Under the pieces are notes generated by a model. The model had not been told where the DNA came from, ran no database searches, and was given only the letters and a program-made list of their open reading frames with translations. A stretch of 64,000 nt of DNA from Eubacteriales bacterium (GTDB lineage Bacteria; Bacillota; Clostridia; Acetivibrionales; JANLFN01), in the NCBI GenBank assembly GCA_024655885.1, contig JANLFN010000005.1:11660-75659 (forward strand), read 5' to 3'. Shown here piece by piece: positions 29,693-42,126 of this stretch. The stretch's first letter is position 1. Every line of letters begins with the position of its first letter. The position numbers and the translations under genes were made by a program.

Positions 29693-30748
29693 ATGTTTTT
29701 GGATGATAGAAAAAGGAGGATACTCCGGGCCATTATCGACGATTACATCGACACTGCAGAGCCTATCGGTTCGAGGACCATTGCGCGCAAGCATGAACTT
29801 GGCTTGAGTTCGGCCACTATCAGAAACGAAATGGCAGATTTGGAAGAAATGGGATATCTGGCCCAGCCCCACACCTCCGCCGGAAGGATTCCTTCAGATA
29901 AAGGTTACAGGTTATATGTGGACAATTTAATGGGAATCAGGGAACTGACCCTGGAAGAAATTGAAAGCATAAAAGAGGCTATGGAGGTTAGAATCAATGA
30001 GTTGGGACAGCTGATCAGGCAAGCCTCGGTTATACTTTCGAGGATTACCAAGTACACTTCCATGGCAATTACGCCCCAGATGAAAAAGAGCATCCTGAGG
30101 ACAGTACAGGTTGTGCCCATTGAATCCAGCAAGGCGCTGGTTATCGTGGTAACCAATGCGGGCATTGTGAGGAACTGTATGATGAAAATCCCGGAAAAAG
30201 CAGAGCCTCAGGACCTGGTCAGAGTTTCCAATATACTCAGCGAAAAACTGTGCGGCTGCACCATTGAACAGATAAATCAACAGACCATCAAGGACGTAGA
30301 GCATGAAATAGGAATCTCCAAGGAATTATTACTCCCCGTTCTGGATGGGGTTTCGGAGTGTATAGGCCAGATTGACAACCCGGAGGTGTATCTGGAGGGC
30401 ACGACAAATATTTTTAATTATCCTGAGTTCAGGGATATTATGAAAGCAAAGGGATTTCTGAATGTTCTGGATGAAAAGGACGTGCTTTATAAACTGCTGA
30501 ACAGCCATTTGGAAAACGACAGCAGGATAAACGTACAAATCGGAACCGAGAACGAGCTGGATGAAATAAAGGACTGCAGCCTGGTCACTACAACTTACCG
30601 AATAGGGGATATTGTCATAGGTTCCATGGGGGTTATAGGACCTACCAGAATGGAATACCCGAAGGTAATATCTTCTATGAATTATATCAGGAATCAGATT
30701 AACCGACAGCTTGACAGGATTGTTGGGCAGATTACGGACGACAGTTAG
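29693..30748 (+). CDS. hrcA: heat-inducible transcription repressor HrcA
   Basis: MFLDDRKRRILRAIIDDYIDTAEPIGSRTIA... winged-helix N-terminus. Operon context with a CIRCE operator. Confidence 0.95.
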   Translation: MFLDDRKRRILRAIIDDYIDTAEPIGSRTIARKHELGLSSATIRNEMADLEEMGYLAQPHTSAGRIPSDKGYRLYVDNLMGIRELTLEEIESIKEAMEVRINELGQLIRQASVILSRITKYTSMAITPQMKKSILRTVQVVPIESSKALVIVVTNAGIVRNCMMKIPEKAEPQDLVRVSNILSEKLCGCTIEQINQQTIKDVEHEIGISKELLLPVLDGVSECIGQIDNPEVYLEGTTNIFNYPEFRDIMKAKGFLNVLDEKDVLYKLLNSHLENDSRINVQIGTENELDEIKDCSLVTTTYRIGDIVIGSMGVIGPTRMEYPKVISSMNYIRNQINRQLDRIVGQITDDS

Positions 30749-30873
30749 AGAGAATGCGGTTCGGAGTGAAGGAAGTTGAGGATGAGACGCGGAAATTTGC
30801 ACCGGATGTTTTTAATCCTCAACTCTATGTCCCGGACATAAAATTAAACTAACGGAAGGTAGATGGGTACGAG

Positions 30874-31464
30874 ATGAAAACGGATAAAGACGACATCAAA
30901 GAAGAGGGGACAGTGGAACCTTCAAATAAGATTCCTCAAACTAAAGATATGGAATGTGCCGGCAATGGGGAATTGAATGAAGAAAATGTGGAAAATGAGA
31001 CCATTGAAGCTGTGAAATGCCGGCTGGATGAAAAGACTAAACAGTGTGAAGAATACTTTGACAGGCTTCAGCGCATGGCGGCGGAATTTGACAATTACAA
31101 GAAAAGGACGGCAAGGGAGAGGGAAACGTTATATACCGAAGCGGTCATGGATTGTATTTTATGTTTTTTACCGGTGGTGGACAATTTGGAAAGAGCTATA
31201 CAGGCATCAGCAAAGGAGGAGGATACGAAATCGTTGAAGGATGGCATTGAGATGATTTTCAGAATGGTACAGGATGCACTGAAAAAACTTGGGGTGGAGG
31301 AAATTAAAAGCGTAGGGGAAAAATTTGACCCGCAGTTACATAATGCAGTAATGCATTTTAATGACGATAAGTATGAAAACAATATAGTAGTTGAAGAGTT
31401 CCAGAAGGGCTATATTCTTAAAGATAAGGTAATAAGGCACAGTATGGTGAAGGTGGCAAACTGA
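30874..31464 (+). CDS. grpE: nucleotide exchange factor GrpE
   Basis: RLQRMAAEFDNYKKRTARE coiled coil and C-terminal FDPQLHNAVMH...GYILKDKVIRHSMVKV. Confidence 0.94.
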   Translation: MKTDKDDIKEEGTVEPSNKIPQTKDMECAGNGELNEENVENETIEAVKCRLDEKTKQCEEYFDRLQRMAAEFDNYKKRTARERETLYTEAVMDCILCFLPVVDNLERAIQASAKEEDTKSLKDGIEMIFRMVQDALKKLGVEEIKSVGEKFDPQLHNAVMHFNDDKYENNIVVEEFQKGYILKDKVIRHSMVKVAN

Positions 31465-31572
31465 GTTTTACAGCTTTGTGCCATTGGAAGGCAGATAAAA
31501 GTGGATTTGTGCGCGGTAAATCAAAGAAAGTCAAAGTTTAAATAGAAAGTCTAAATATTATTTTTTTTGTAG

Positions 31573-33492
<1,920 letters not shown>

Positions 33493-33690
33493 GGGCCTGT
33501 GATGGGGGCAATAGGGTAAAGGAAATGGGCTGAACGGATGTAAAAGCCAAAGTCATGAAAATGGCTTTGGCTTTTTAACGGTCTCACTTGATTTTGAACT
33601 ATAAAAATGCTACTGCATATGCTATAATGATTCAGGTAAACGGAAAGCAACTTATTTTTTTCCTTTTTTACTTAGAACGGAGTTGATTGA

Positions 33691-34833
33691 ATGGCAGCAA
33701 AAAGGGATTATTATGAGGTTCTTGGAGTGGATAAAAGCGCATCGGATGCTGATATAAAGAAAGCGTACAGAAAGCTGGCCAAGCAGTATCACCCGGATGT
33801 CAATCCCGGTGATAAGACAGCGGAAGCAAAATTTAAGGAGATCAACGAGGCCTATGAAGTCCTCGGTGATCCCCAAAAAAGGGCCCGGTATGACCAGTTC
33901 GGCCATGCCGGAATGGACTCCAACGGTTTCGGAGGATTTGAAGGAGGCTTCGGTGATTTTGATCTGGGCGGAATTGGAGACATATTTGAGACATTCTTTG
34001 GGGGAAGCGGCTTCGGAAGGTCGTCGAAAAGCAGGAGAGGCCCTCAAAAGGGGGCGGATTTGAAGTATGCCATGGAGATTTCTTTTGAAGAAGCGGCTTT
34101 TGGGATTGAAAAAGAGATTACCATAAACCGTGCGGAAGATTGTACCACCTGCGGCGGCACAGGGGCGAAACCAGGCACATCGCCGTCCACCTGTAAGCAC
34201 TGCAACGGTACGGGGCAGATACAGTACAAGCAAAATACGCCTTTTGGGCAGTTCATCAATGTAAAGACCTGCGATGTATGCCGGGGAGAGGGTAAGATTA
34301 TTACACAGCCGTGCCAGACCTGCAACGGGAAGGGCAAGGTCAGAAAAAATATCAAGATGAAAATAGATGTACCCGCCGGAATTGATGACGGACAGACCAT
34401 ATCTATCAGGGGCGAGGGTGAATCCGGTTTCAAAGGAGGACCGGCCGGTGATCTGTTTATCTCCATAAGAGTACGTCCTCATGTGCTGTTCCAGCGGCAG
34501 GGGAACGATGTCATATGCGAGATTCCCATAACTTTCGTACAGGCTGCACTGGGTGCGGAAATGGAAGTGCCTACGCTGGATGGAAAGGTAAAATATACCA
34601 TTCCTGAGGGGACGCAGACAGGGTCGGTGTTCAGGCTGAAAGGGAAAGGCATTCCGTTTATCCGGGGAAATGGCCGCGGCGACCAATACGTGAAAGTGAA
34701 CGTGGAAGTACCCAGGAAGCTGAATGACAGGCAAAAGGAAATTTTGAGGCAATTTTCCGAAGTGAGCGGAGATGATGTGCACGAGCAAAGGAAGAGCTTC
34801 TTTGACAAGATGAAGGATGCGCTGGGGATGTAG
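33691..34833 (+). CDS. dnaJ: molecular chaperone DnaJ
   Basis: J domain with HPD (KQYHPDVNP), a G/F-rich linker and four CxxCxGxG zinc-finger repeats. Confidence 0.97.
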   Translation: MAAKRDYYEVLGVDKSASDADIKKAYRKLAKQYHPDVNPGDKTAEAKFKEINEAYEVLGDPQKRARYDQFGHAGMDSNGFGGFEGGFGDFDLGGIGDIFETFFGGSGFGRSSKSRRGPQKGADLKYAMEISFEEAAFGIEKEITINRAEDCTTCGGTGAKPGTSPSTCKHCNGTGQIQYKQNTPFGQFINVKTCDVCRGEGKIITQPCQTCNGKGKVRKNIKMKIDVPAGIDDGQTISIRGEGESGFKGGPAGDLFISIRVRPHVLFQRQGNDVICEIPITFVQAALGAEMEVPTLDGKVKYTIPEGTQTGSVFRLKGKGIPFIRGNGRGDQYVKVNVEVPRKLNDRQKEILRQFSEVSGDDVHEQRKSFFDKMKDALGM

Positions 34834-34930
34834 GCACAAAAGTAGGGGCAGGCATGGGTAAACATAGGCAAAAGCTCAATGGGCTTAACCCATGTTTATT
34901 TATATTTACCCCAATTACGGAGGAAAAAGG

Positions 34931-35875
34931 ATGGAATGGAATGAAATAAGGATTGTTACAACACAGGAAGCATGCGATGCGATTACCGACATTCTCATGT
35001 CGGCAGGAGCGGGAGGCGTCGCCATAGAAGACCCCAATGATATCAGAAGGGAACTTGAAAAGCCCAATACCATGGACTATGCCGACGACCACTTTATGGA
35101 ATTATTAGGAGAAGACGTGATTATAAAGGCATACTTCCCGGAGACGGCGGATATGGCAAAATTGACCGGCCTCATAAAGGAAAAAATAAGTTATGTTTCG
35201 AATTTTTTGAATACGGGAAAGGGTTATTCCGGATGCTTCCGGGTAAATGACGAAGATTGGGCAAACAACTGGAAAAAATACTACAGGCCCTTCAACGTAT
35301 CTGAGTCCATTGTAATAAAACCTTCCTGGGAGGGCTATGAAAAGAGGCCCGGGGAGATAGTGCTTGAGATTGACCCCGGAATGGCCTTCGGCACAGGGAC
35401 CCACGAAACCACAAAAATGTGCATTCAGATGGAGGAAAAGTATTTAAAAAAAGGCGACACGGTCATCGATGTAGGCTGTGGCACCGGCATACTCTCCATT
35501 GCCGCCGCAAAGCTGGGTGCAAAATGCGTTACCGCAGTGGATGTGGACGAAGTGGCTGTCAGGGTTGCCAGAGAAAACAGTGTGCTAAACGGGGTGGAAA
35601 ATGTAGTGTGCACTTTCACCGGGGAATTGAAGGATATTAAAGAAAAAAAGGTGGATGTGGTCGTTGCAAACATTATAGCGGACGTGATTCTTGACATTTC
35701 CGGCCTTATCCGCAGGTATGTGAAAACCGGCGGCTTTTTTATAACCTCGGGGATTATCCGTGGCAGGAAACAGGAAGTAGCGGAGGCTTATTCAAAATTG
35801 GGTTTTGAATTCCAGGATATGGCCGAAATGGGAGAATGGGTGGCGATGGTTTTCAGATGTCCAGATTTTTTATAG
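34931..35875 (+). CDS. prmA: ribosomal protein L11 methyltransferase
   Basis: MEWNEIRI..., FGTGTHETT and the SAM motif VIDVGCGTGILSIAA. GGAGG SD before ATG 34931. Confidence 0.93.
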   Translation: MEWNEIRIVTTQEACDAITDILMSAGAGGVAIEDPNDIRRELEKPNTMDYADDHFMELLGEDVIIKAYFPETADMAKLTGLIKEKISYVSNFLNTGKGYSGCFRVNDEDWANNWKKYYRPFNVSESIVIKPSWEGYEKRPGEIVLEIDPGMAFGTGTHETTKMCIQMEEKYLKKGDTVIDVGCGTGILSIAAAKLGAKCVTAVDVDEVAVRVARENSVLNGVENVVCTFTGELKDIKEKKVDVVVANIIADVILDISGLIRRYVKTGGFFITSGIIRGRKQEVAEAYSKLGFEFQDMAEMGEWVAMVFRCPDFL

Positions 35876-36612
35876 ACGAAAAAGACATACAGGGGAATAA
35901 AATCTATATCCGTGGCGAAGACGTAAATCATATAAAAAATGTATTGAGATTAAAAATCGGTGAAAGCATAATACTGTGCGACGGTAAGGGTATGGATTAT
36001 ACGGCGGGCATAGAGAAATTCGAACCGGATTATGTCCTCACGGGAATTTCTGCATCCAATTATAATGAAACAGAGCCTCCTATAGAGGTTGTGCTTTTTC
36101 AGGGAATACCGAAGTCGGACAAAATGGATTTTATAATACAGAAGGCAATAGAGCTGGGAGTAAATAGAATTGTGCCTGTGATGACGGAGAGGGCCGTCGT
36201 GAGGATTGAGGACAAGAGGGATGCGGAAAAAAAGGTATGCCGGTGGCAAAGAATAGCCCTTGAAGCCGCCAAACAGAGCAACAGGGGGATTATTCCCAGA
36301 GTGGAATACCCGGTCCGGTACAGGGAAGCCCTCACCTTATCCGACAAATCGGATTTGAGCCTTATTCCCTATGAAAAAGAATTTAAAAACAGTTTGAAAA
36401 AATATATTTCACAGGCAGATGCAGATATAAAAAAGGTTTCTCTATTTATTGGGCCTGAGGGAGGATTTTCCGAAAAGGAAATTGAGGATGCGGTACAAAA
36501 GGGGATAAAGCCGGTTACATTGGGGCCGCGGGTTTTAAGAACCGAGACGGCGGGTATTTCGGTTATCTCAATACTGATGTACGAGCTGGGAGATATAAAC
36601 TTTTGGAAATGA
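35857..36612 (+). CDS. rsmE: 16S rRNA (uracil1498-N3)-methyltransferase
   Basis: MSRFFIDE..., a PUA-like N-terminus and the SPOUT C-terminus GPEGGFSEKEI...LGPRVLRTETA. Overlaps the prmA end by 19 nt. Confidence 0.9.
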   Translation: MSRFFIDEKDIQGNKIYIRGEDVNHIKNVLRLKIGESIILCDGKGMDYTAGIEKFEPDYVLTGISASNYNETEPPIEVVLFQGIPKSDKMDFIIQKAIELGVNRIVPVMTERAVVRIEDKRDAEKKVCRWQRIALEAAKQSNRGIIPRVEYPVRYREALTLSDKSDLSLIPYEKEFKNSLKKYISQADADIKKVSLFIGPEGGFSEKEIEDAVQKGIKPVTLGPRVLRTETAGISVISILMYELGDINFWK

Positions 36613-36775
36613 GATTTAAAAAAGCGAGCAAACAGGAGAAAACGTGAAAAAAATATATAAAAATTGAAAGAATTGCCTTCAAATTCTTAAAATATGTGTT
36701 ATAATACAAACAAGATAATAATGCGAAAAGGGACACAGGAGATGTCCCCTTTTGAATAGAGGATGATAATTATTT

Positions 36776-37654
36776 ATGATCAGAAGCATGACAGGATTTG
36801 GCAGGGGGGAGTCTAAAGGGGAAGGGAAAGAATTTCTGATAGAAATCAAAACGGTTAACCACAGGTATAGTGACATCTTTATAAAAGTCCCCAGACAGAT
36901 TTCATTTTTAGAAGACAAAATCAGAGAATATGTGAGCAAGAGGTTGTCACGGGGAAAAATCGACGTATACGTCTCCTATGAAGAATACGGGGAAGATTCA
37001 AAAAGTGTTTTGCTTGACAGGCCTCTGGCAAAGGCATATATTCATGCGATGGAGGCACTGCGTGACGAATATGGCCTAAAAGACGACATCTCTGTTTCCC
37101 TGGTATCAAGATTTCCGGATGTCTTAAAAGTGGAAAAAGTGGAAGTGGACGAAGGAAAAACATGGAGACTGCTTGAAATTGCCCTGGACAGCGCATTGAA
37201 ATCACTTATTTTAATGCGTGAGAACGAGGGAGAGGGCTTAAAGGTCAGCCTACTGGAGAGAGCTTCCTATATAGAGAGGATACTTAAAGAAATTACGCTC
37301 CGCGCCCCCGATGTGGTAAAGGAATACAAGCAAAAACTGGAAAATAGAATAAAAGAATTGCTGGATCAGCAGAATATAGATGAAAACCGTTTGGCGATGG
37401 AGGTGGCTTTTTTTGCAGACAGGTGCAGCATCGATGAGGAGCTTGTGAGGCTGGGAAGCCATATAAGCCAGTTGAAGGAGACCCTTGACTTGGAGCAGCC
37501 TGTGGGAAGAAAGCTGGATTTCCTCATACAGGAGATGAACAGGGAAATCAATACCATTGGTTCAAAAGCCAATGATTTGAGCATTACCAGGAATGTTGTG
37601 GAAATTAAAAGTGAGCTGGAAAAAATGAGAGAGCAAATACAAAATATTGAATAA
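36776..37654 (+). CDS. yicC: YicC/YloC family endoribonuclease
   Basis: MIRSMTGFGRGE..., with C-terminal DFLIQEMNREINTIGSKAND. Confidence 0.9.
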   Translation: MIRSMTGFGRGESKGEGKEFLIEIKTVNHRYSDIFIKVPRQISFLEDKIREYVSKRLSRGKIDVYVSYEEYGEDSKSVLLDRPLAKAYIHAMEALRDEYGLKDDISVSLVSRFPDVLKVEKVEVDEGKTWRLLEIALDSALKSLILMRENEGEGLKVSLLERASYIERILKEITLRAPDVVKEYKQKLENRIKELLDQQNIDENRLAMEVAFFADRCSIDEELVRLGSHISQLKETLDLEQPVGRKLDFLIQEMNREINTIGSKANDLSITRNVVEIKSELEKMREQIQNIE

Positions 37655-37703
37655 TATCTGTGCGCAATATTTTTATTCCGATAATAATTAGGAGGTAGCA
37701 TGA

Positions 37704-37976
37704 ATGAAGTTAATTAACATAGGGTTTGGCAACATTGTTTCGGCAAACAGGCTGGTGGCGATTGTGAGTCCTGAATCGGCTCCAATAAAAAGAATCATTC
37801 AAGAGGCAAGAGACAGGGGTATGCTGATAGACGCTACTTATGGGAGAAGGACAAGGGCTGTCATAATAACGGACAGCGACCATATCATACTTTCAGCGGT
37901 TCAACCGGAAACCGTCGCGCACAGACTGAATGTCAAGGATGTAGAAGTAGAAGAAGATGAGGATATAGAAGAATAG
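37704..37976 (+). CDS. remA: DUF370 protein / extracellular matrix regulator RemA
   Basis: [58 protein letters not shown] is a near-canonical RemA sequence. Located upstream of gmk. Confidence 0.92.
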   Translation: MKLINIGFGNIVSANRLVAIVSPESAPIKRIIQEARDRGMLIDATYGRRTRAVIITDSDHIILSAVQPETVAHRLNVKDVEVEEDEDIEE

Positions 37977-37985
37977 GGGAAAAAA

Positions 37986-38600
37986 ATGTTCCGCAGTGGA
38001 TTATTAGTTGTGATATCAGGGCCTTCTGGCGCAGGGAAAAGTACACTCCTGGATTTGGTTAAAGAACAGAACAAAAATGTAAGGTTCTCGGTTTCGGCTA
38101 CCACAAGAAAGCCCAGAGAAGGCGAAATCAATGGTTTAGACTACTTTTTTAAATCTGCCGATGAATTCAACCGGATGATTGAAAACAAAGAATTGATTGA
38201 GTGGGTTGAATACTGCGGCAATTATTACGGTACACCAAAGGAGTACGTTCTTACATCCATTGAACAGGGGTATGATGTGATACTTGAAATTGAGGTTGAT
38301 GGGGCAGCCAATATAAAGAGCATCTATCCCGACAGTGTGTCCATTTTTATCCTGCCGCCTTCTTTTCAAGAATTAAAAAAGCGTATTGAGGGAAGAGGGA
38401 CGGAAAATGCCCAGGTTATTGAAGAAAGGATGAATAGGGCTAAAAAGGAAATAATGTATATCGACCGGTATGATTACATTGTGGTTAATGATAATATAAA
38501 GAGGGCCGCAGACCATATCGGAAATATTTTGGCTGCCGAAAAACTTCGTTTTCATAGAAACAGGAATATATTGGAGAATTTGGGCTTCTCATGGGAGTGA
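37986..38600 (+). CDS. gmk: guanylate kinase
   Basis: P-loop GPSGAGKST, SATTRKPREGE and YYGT. Confidence 0.95.
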   Translation: MFRSGLLVVISGPSGAGKSTLLDLVKEQNKNVRFSVSATTRKPREGEINGLDYFFKSADEFNRMIENKELIEWVEYCGNYYGTPKEYVLTSIEQGYDVILEIEVDGAANIKSIYPDSVSIFILPPSFQELKKRIEGRGTENAQVIEERMNRAKKEIMYIDRYDYIVVNDNIKRAADHIGNILAAEKLRFHRNRNILENLGFSWE

Positions 38601-38708
38601 TTTATCAAGCTGCTTTTGCGAAAATATAGAAAATTTATTTAGAAGGAAGGTTTTCAATAATTCCTGATGGGTTCTGCAGTTGACATAAATATAGGAGGGA
38701 TATAGATC

Positions 38709-38915
38709 ATGATCGATCCGTCAATCAGTTCATTAATGGAGAAGGTAGACAGCCGGTACACTCTTGTGGTCGCTACGGCAAAAAGAGCCCGCCAGTTGGC
38801 TGACGGGGCGCATAAACTGACAAAATGCAATTCTGATAAGCCTGTAACAATTGCAATTAATGAAATCAATGAGAATAAAATTACATATGTACGGACAAAA
38901 AGCGGCATAAAATAG
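38709..38915 (+). CDS. rpoZ: DNA-directed RNA polymerase subunit omega
   Basis: 68 aa with SRYTLVVATAKRARQL. The gmk-rpoZ-coaBC order is as expected. Confidence 0.92.
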   Translation: MIDPSISSLMEKVDSRYTLVVATAKRARQLADGAHKLTKCNSDKPVTIAINEINENKITYVRTKSGIK

Positions 38916-39039
38916 TTTAAAGGCTGTGGTTCCGGCAAAAAGGTTAAGGTTTAGATGGGGCGGGGCAGCTGAATTTCAGCTGACTTTTTCACAACCTCGA
39001 CCTTGCCTCGGCCTTTATTTTTATATGGAGGTAAAAAAC

Positions 39040-40257
39040 TTGTTAGAGGGAAAGACGGTAGTTGTAGGTGTGTGTGGAGGAATAGCCGCTTATAAGGTGG
39101 TTGAGGTTGTAAGTAAATTAAGAAAGCTGAATGCCCAGGTTCATGTGGTCATGACGAAAAATGCGGCGGAGTTTGTTACTCCTCTGACTTTTCAGACCAT
39201 CTCCCATAACCTTGTGGTTACGGATATGTTTGCAGAGCCTAAAACCTGGGATATACAGCACATCTCTCTGGCGGAAAAGGCGGACTTGCTTGTTGTGGCT
39301 CCGGCGACGGCCAACATCATAGGGAAAGTGGCTTCAGGGATTGCCGATGATATGCTTACCACCACCATCATGGCTTGCACCTCTCCCGTAATGTTTGTTC
39401 CGGCAATGAATACCGCCATGTATGAAAATCCTGTGGTTCAAAGGAATATTGAGAAATTGAGAGAGCTGGGTTACATCTTTTTAGAGCCGGACACAGGCTC
39501 TTTGGCATGCGGGACGGCAGGAAAGGGAAGACTGCCCGAGCCCGAGGCCATTGTCCGGGATATTGTGAGCCGACTGGTTCCCAAAAGGGATTTAGACGGT
39601 ATAAAAATAATGGTTACTGCCGGACCTACCAGAGAGGCCATAGATCCGGTAAGGTATATCTCAAACCATTCCTCGGGGAAAATGGGCTATGCCGTCGCAG
39701 AAGCCGCCGGCAGAAGGGGCGCCAAGGTAAGGATGGTTTCCGGCCCTGTGAGCCTGCCCAAACCCCGGGGGGTTGAAGTCACTTATGTCACCTCCGCAGA
39801 GGAAATGTACAGGGAAGTACTGAAGACCTACGAGGAATTCCAGGTCCTGATTATGGTGGCGGCCGTTGCGGACTACAGGTGCGTGGGCATTTCCAGCAAA
39901 AAGATAAAAAAGACGGGAGAACGGCTGACCCTTGAGATGACCAGAAACCCCGATATTGCCGGGGAAATGGGAAGGCTTAAAGGAAATAGAATTCTTGTGG
40001 GCTTTAGCGCTGAAACGGATGAACTGATCAATAATTCAAAAATGAAGCTGGAATCCAAGAACCTGGACATGATTGTGGCCAATGACGTGACCCAAGAGGG
40101 GGCCGGTTTTGAAAAGGATACCAATATCGTGAAAATCATCCATAAGGATGGAAGTATCCGCGAACTGCCCAAAATGAGCAAGAATGAAGTGGCGGAAGAA
40201 ATTCTGGATGAAGTGGTGAAGCTGGTTGGCACTGGTCGGTTTACGGCGGGCAATTAG
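39040..40257 (+). CDS. coaBC: bifunctional phosphopantothenoylcysteine decarboxylase / phosphopantothenate--cysteine ligase
   Basis: Flavoprotein N-terminus GKTVVVGVCGGIAAYK, PAMN, and the CoaB motifs ISNHSSGKMG and AAVADY. TTG 39040 is 8 nt after GGAGG. ATG 39025 is possible but lacks an SD. Confidence 0.92.
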   Translation: MLEGKTVVVGVCGGIAAYKVVEVVSKLRKLNAQVHVVMTKNAAEFVTPLTFQTISHNLVVTDMFAEPKTWDIQHISLAEKADLLVVAPATANIIGKVASGIADDMLTTTIMACTSPVMFVPAMNTAMYENPVVQRNIEKLRELGYIFLEPDTGSLACGTAGKGRLPEPEAIVRDIVSRLVPKRDLDGIKIMVTAGPTREAIDPVRYISNHSSGKMGYAVAEAAGRRGAKVRMVSGPVSLPKPRGVEVTYVTSAEEMYREVLKTYEEFQVLIMVAAVADYRCVGISSKKIKKTGERLTLEMTRNPDIAGEMGRLKGNRILVGFSAETDELINNSKMKLESKNLDMIVANDVTQEGAGFEKDTNIVKIIHKDGSIRELPKMSKNEVAEEILDEVVKLVGTGRFTAGN

Positions 40258-40351
40258 CGGCTTCCTTCGGATTTATGCATATTTATACAGTATTTATTTC
40301 AATCTATAGCTTATGCTTTTTAATGAATATGGGGACATGGGAGGATTTAAG

Positions 40352-41740
40352 ATGACAGCAGAGAAAACAATGGAAAAAATCGTTGCACTGGCCAAAAACA
40401 GGGGATTTGTATATCCGGGTTCGGACATATACGGCGGTCTCGCCAATGCCTGGGATTACGGGCCGCTGGGTGTGGAGCTCAAAAACAATATAAAAAGGGC
40501 ATGGTGGAGAAAGTTTGTGCAGGAAAGCCCTTATAATGTGGGGGTTGACTGTGCCATTCTGATGAACCCCCAGGTTTGGGTGGCGTCAGGCCATGTAGGA
40601 GGGTTCAGTGACCCGCTCATCGATTGTAAGGATTGTAAAACGCGTCACAGGGCCGACAAGCTTATTGAGGATTGGAACAAGAAAAACGGCATAGAACTTG
40701 CGGTAGACGGCTGGAAAAACGAAGCGCTGATGGACTATATCCGCGAAAAAGGCATAAAGTGCCCGGAATGCGGGTCAGGAAATTTTACGGACATAAGGAA
40801 GTTTAACCTTATGTTTAAAACCTACCAGGGTGTAACGGAAGATTCCAAGGCTGAAATTTACCTGAGGCCGGAGACAGCCCAGGGAATTTTTGTAAATTTT
40901 AAAAACGTGCAGAGGACCACAAGAAAAAAGATTCCCTTTGGGATAGGGCAAATAGGAAAATCCTTTCGAAATGAAATTACGCCCGGGAATTTCACTTTCA
41001 GGACAAGGGAGTTTGAACAGATGGAGCTTGAGTTTTTCTGTGAACCGGGAAAGGACCTGGAATGGTTTTCTTATTGGAAGGATTTCTGCTATCAATGGCT
41101 GGTGGGTTTGGGATTAAAAGAGGAAAATCTAAAAATGCGGGACCATTCCAAAGAAGAATTGTCCCATTACAGCAATGCAACTACGGATATCGAGTTCAAG
41201 TTTCCCTTTGGATGGGGGGAACTGTGGGGAATTGCGGACAGGACGGATTATGACCTGAAACAGCACATGGAGTATTCAAAAGAGGATCTGTCCTACTTTG
41301 ACCCGGTGTCAAACGAGAAGTACATTCCCTTCTGTATTGAACCCTCTCTGGGTGCCGATAGGGCCGCCCTCGCCTTCCTGTGTGATGCTTATGACGAGGA
41401 AGAGGTAGACCAAGGCGATATCCGTACGGTTCTGCGCTTCCATCCTGCTGTTGCGCCGGTAAAGATAGCGGTGCTTCCTCTTTCCAAGAAGCTTGGGGAG
41501 GATGCTTACAGGCTGTACGAAAGCCTTACCAGAAAATATGTCTGTGAGTATGATGAAACCGGAAGCATCGGTAAAAGATATAGAAGACAGGATGAAATAG
41601 GCACGCCCTACTGCATTACCTATGATTTCGAGTCCGCCGACGACCACAGCGTTACCGTAAGGGATAGGGACACAATGCAGCAGGTAAGGCTGAAAATAGA
41701 CGAGCTGGACCAATATTTCCAGGATAAGTTTGAATTTTAA
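40352..41740 (+). CDS. glyQS: glycine--tRNA ligase (alpha2 dimeric type)
   Basis: [59 protein letters not shown] and GADR. GGGAGGA SD before ATG 40352. Confidence 0.95.
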   Translation: MTAEKTMEKIVALAKNRGFVYPGSDIYGGLANAWDYGPLGVELKNNIKRAWWRKFVQESPYNVGVDCAILMNPQVWVASGHVGGFSDPLIDCKDCKTRHRADKLIEDWNKKNGIELAVDGWKNEALMDYIREKGIKCPECGSGNFTDIRKFNLMFKTYQGVTEDSKAEIYLRPETAQGIFVNFKNVQRTTRKKIPFGIGQIGKSFRNEITPGNFTFRTREFEQMELEFFCEPGKDLEWFSYWKDFCYQWLVGLGLKEENLKMRDHSKEELSHYSNATTDIEFKFPFGWGELWGIADRTDYDLKQHMEYSKEDLSYFDPVSNEKYIPFCIEPSLGADRAALAFLCDAYDEEEVDQGDIRTVLRFHPAVAPVKIAVLPLSKKLGEDAYRLYESLTRKYVCEYDETGSIGKRYRRQDEIGTPYCITYDFESADDHSVTVRDRDTMQQVRLKIDELDQYFQDKFEF

Positions 41741-41757
41741 TTTTGAGAATATTTTGT

Positions 41758-41795
41758 AAAAAAGCAGTCAATACGGCAGTGTTGACTGCTTTTTT
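41758..41795 (+). terminator. intrinsic terminator after glyQS
   Basis: GCAGTCAA (41763-41770) pairs with TTGACTGC (41782-41789), followed by TTTTTT. Confidence 0.75.
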
Positions 41796-42126
41796 GGTAT
41801 GGGGTACAGTCCCACCATACCGTAAAGAGGGGGCTGCAATACCGCTGCAAGCTATAATTGCGCCGCCTGTAAAGTATAAAATCCATTCACATTGGTAATT
41901 TTATATAGTGCCCTGCGTTTATATGCAGCATAAAAATTATAAAGATGAAAAATTAGAACAAAAAACAGTAAAAATGTTTAATGACAGTTTTTAGTTTTAT
42001 GATATAATATTAGGGATTATATTATACACTTGTTCCCTCTGTTGTTTAAAACTGTATTTGGCCGTATATTTAACCGTTGAAAATAATTTCTGTGTTCAAA
42101 GAAATAAAATATAGGAGGTTATATAA

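Noticed and set aside
33652-34839. 395-aa minus-strand ORF covering all of dnaJ
   Set aside because: It is antisense to an unambiguous dnaJ (J domain, G/F region, zinc fingers), and its translation has no recognisable features. The same reasoning applies to antisense ORFs within alaS, relA, dnaK, hemZ, lepA and the 1428-aa gene.
38916-39024. Hairpin CAGCTGAATTTCAGCTG followed by ACTTTTT after rpoZ, considered as a terminator
   Set aside because: The stem is only 6 bp with an interrupted U-tract, and coaBC lies immediately downstream, probably co-transcribed. Evidence is insufficient for a feature call.
40258-40351. Possible T-box upstream of glyQS, which is common in Firmicutes
   Set aside because: The intergenic space is only about 94 nt and contains no T-box motif or terminator, so it is too short for a T-box leader.
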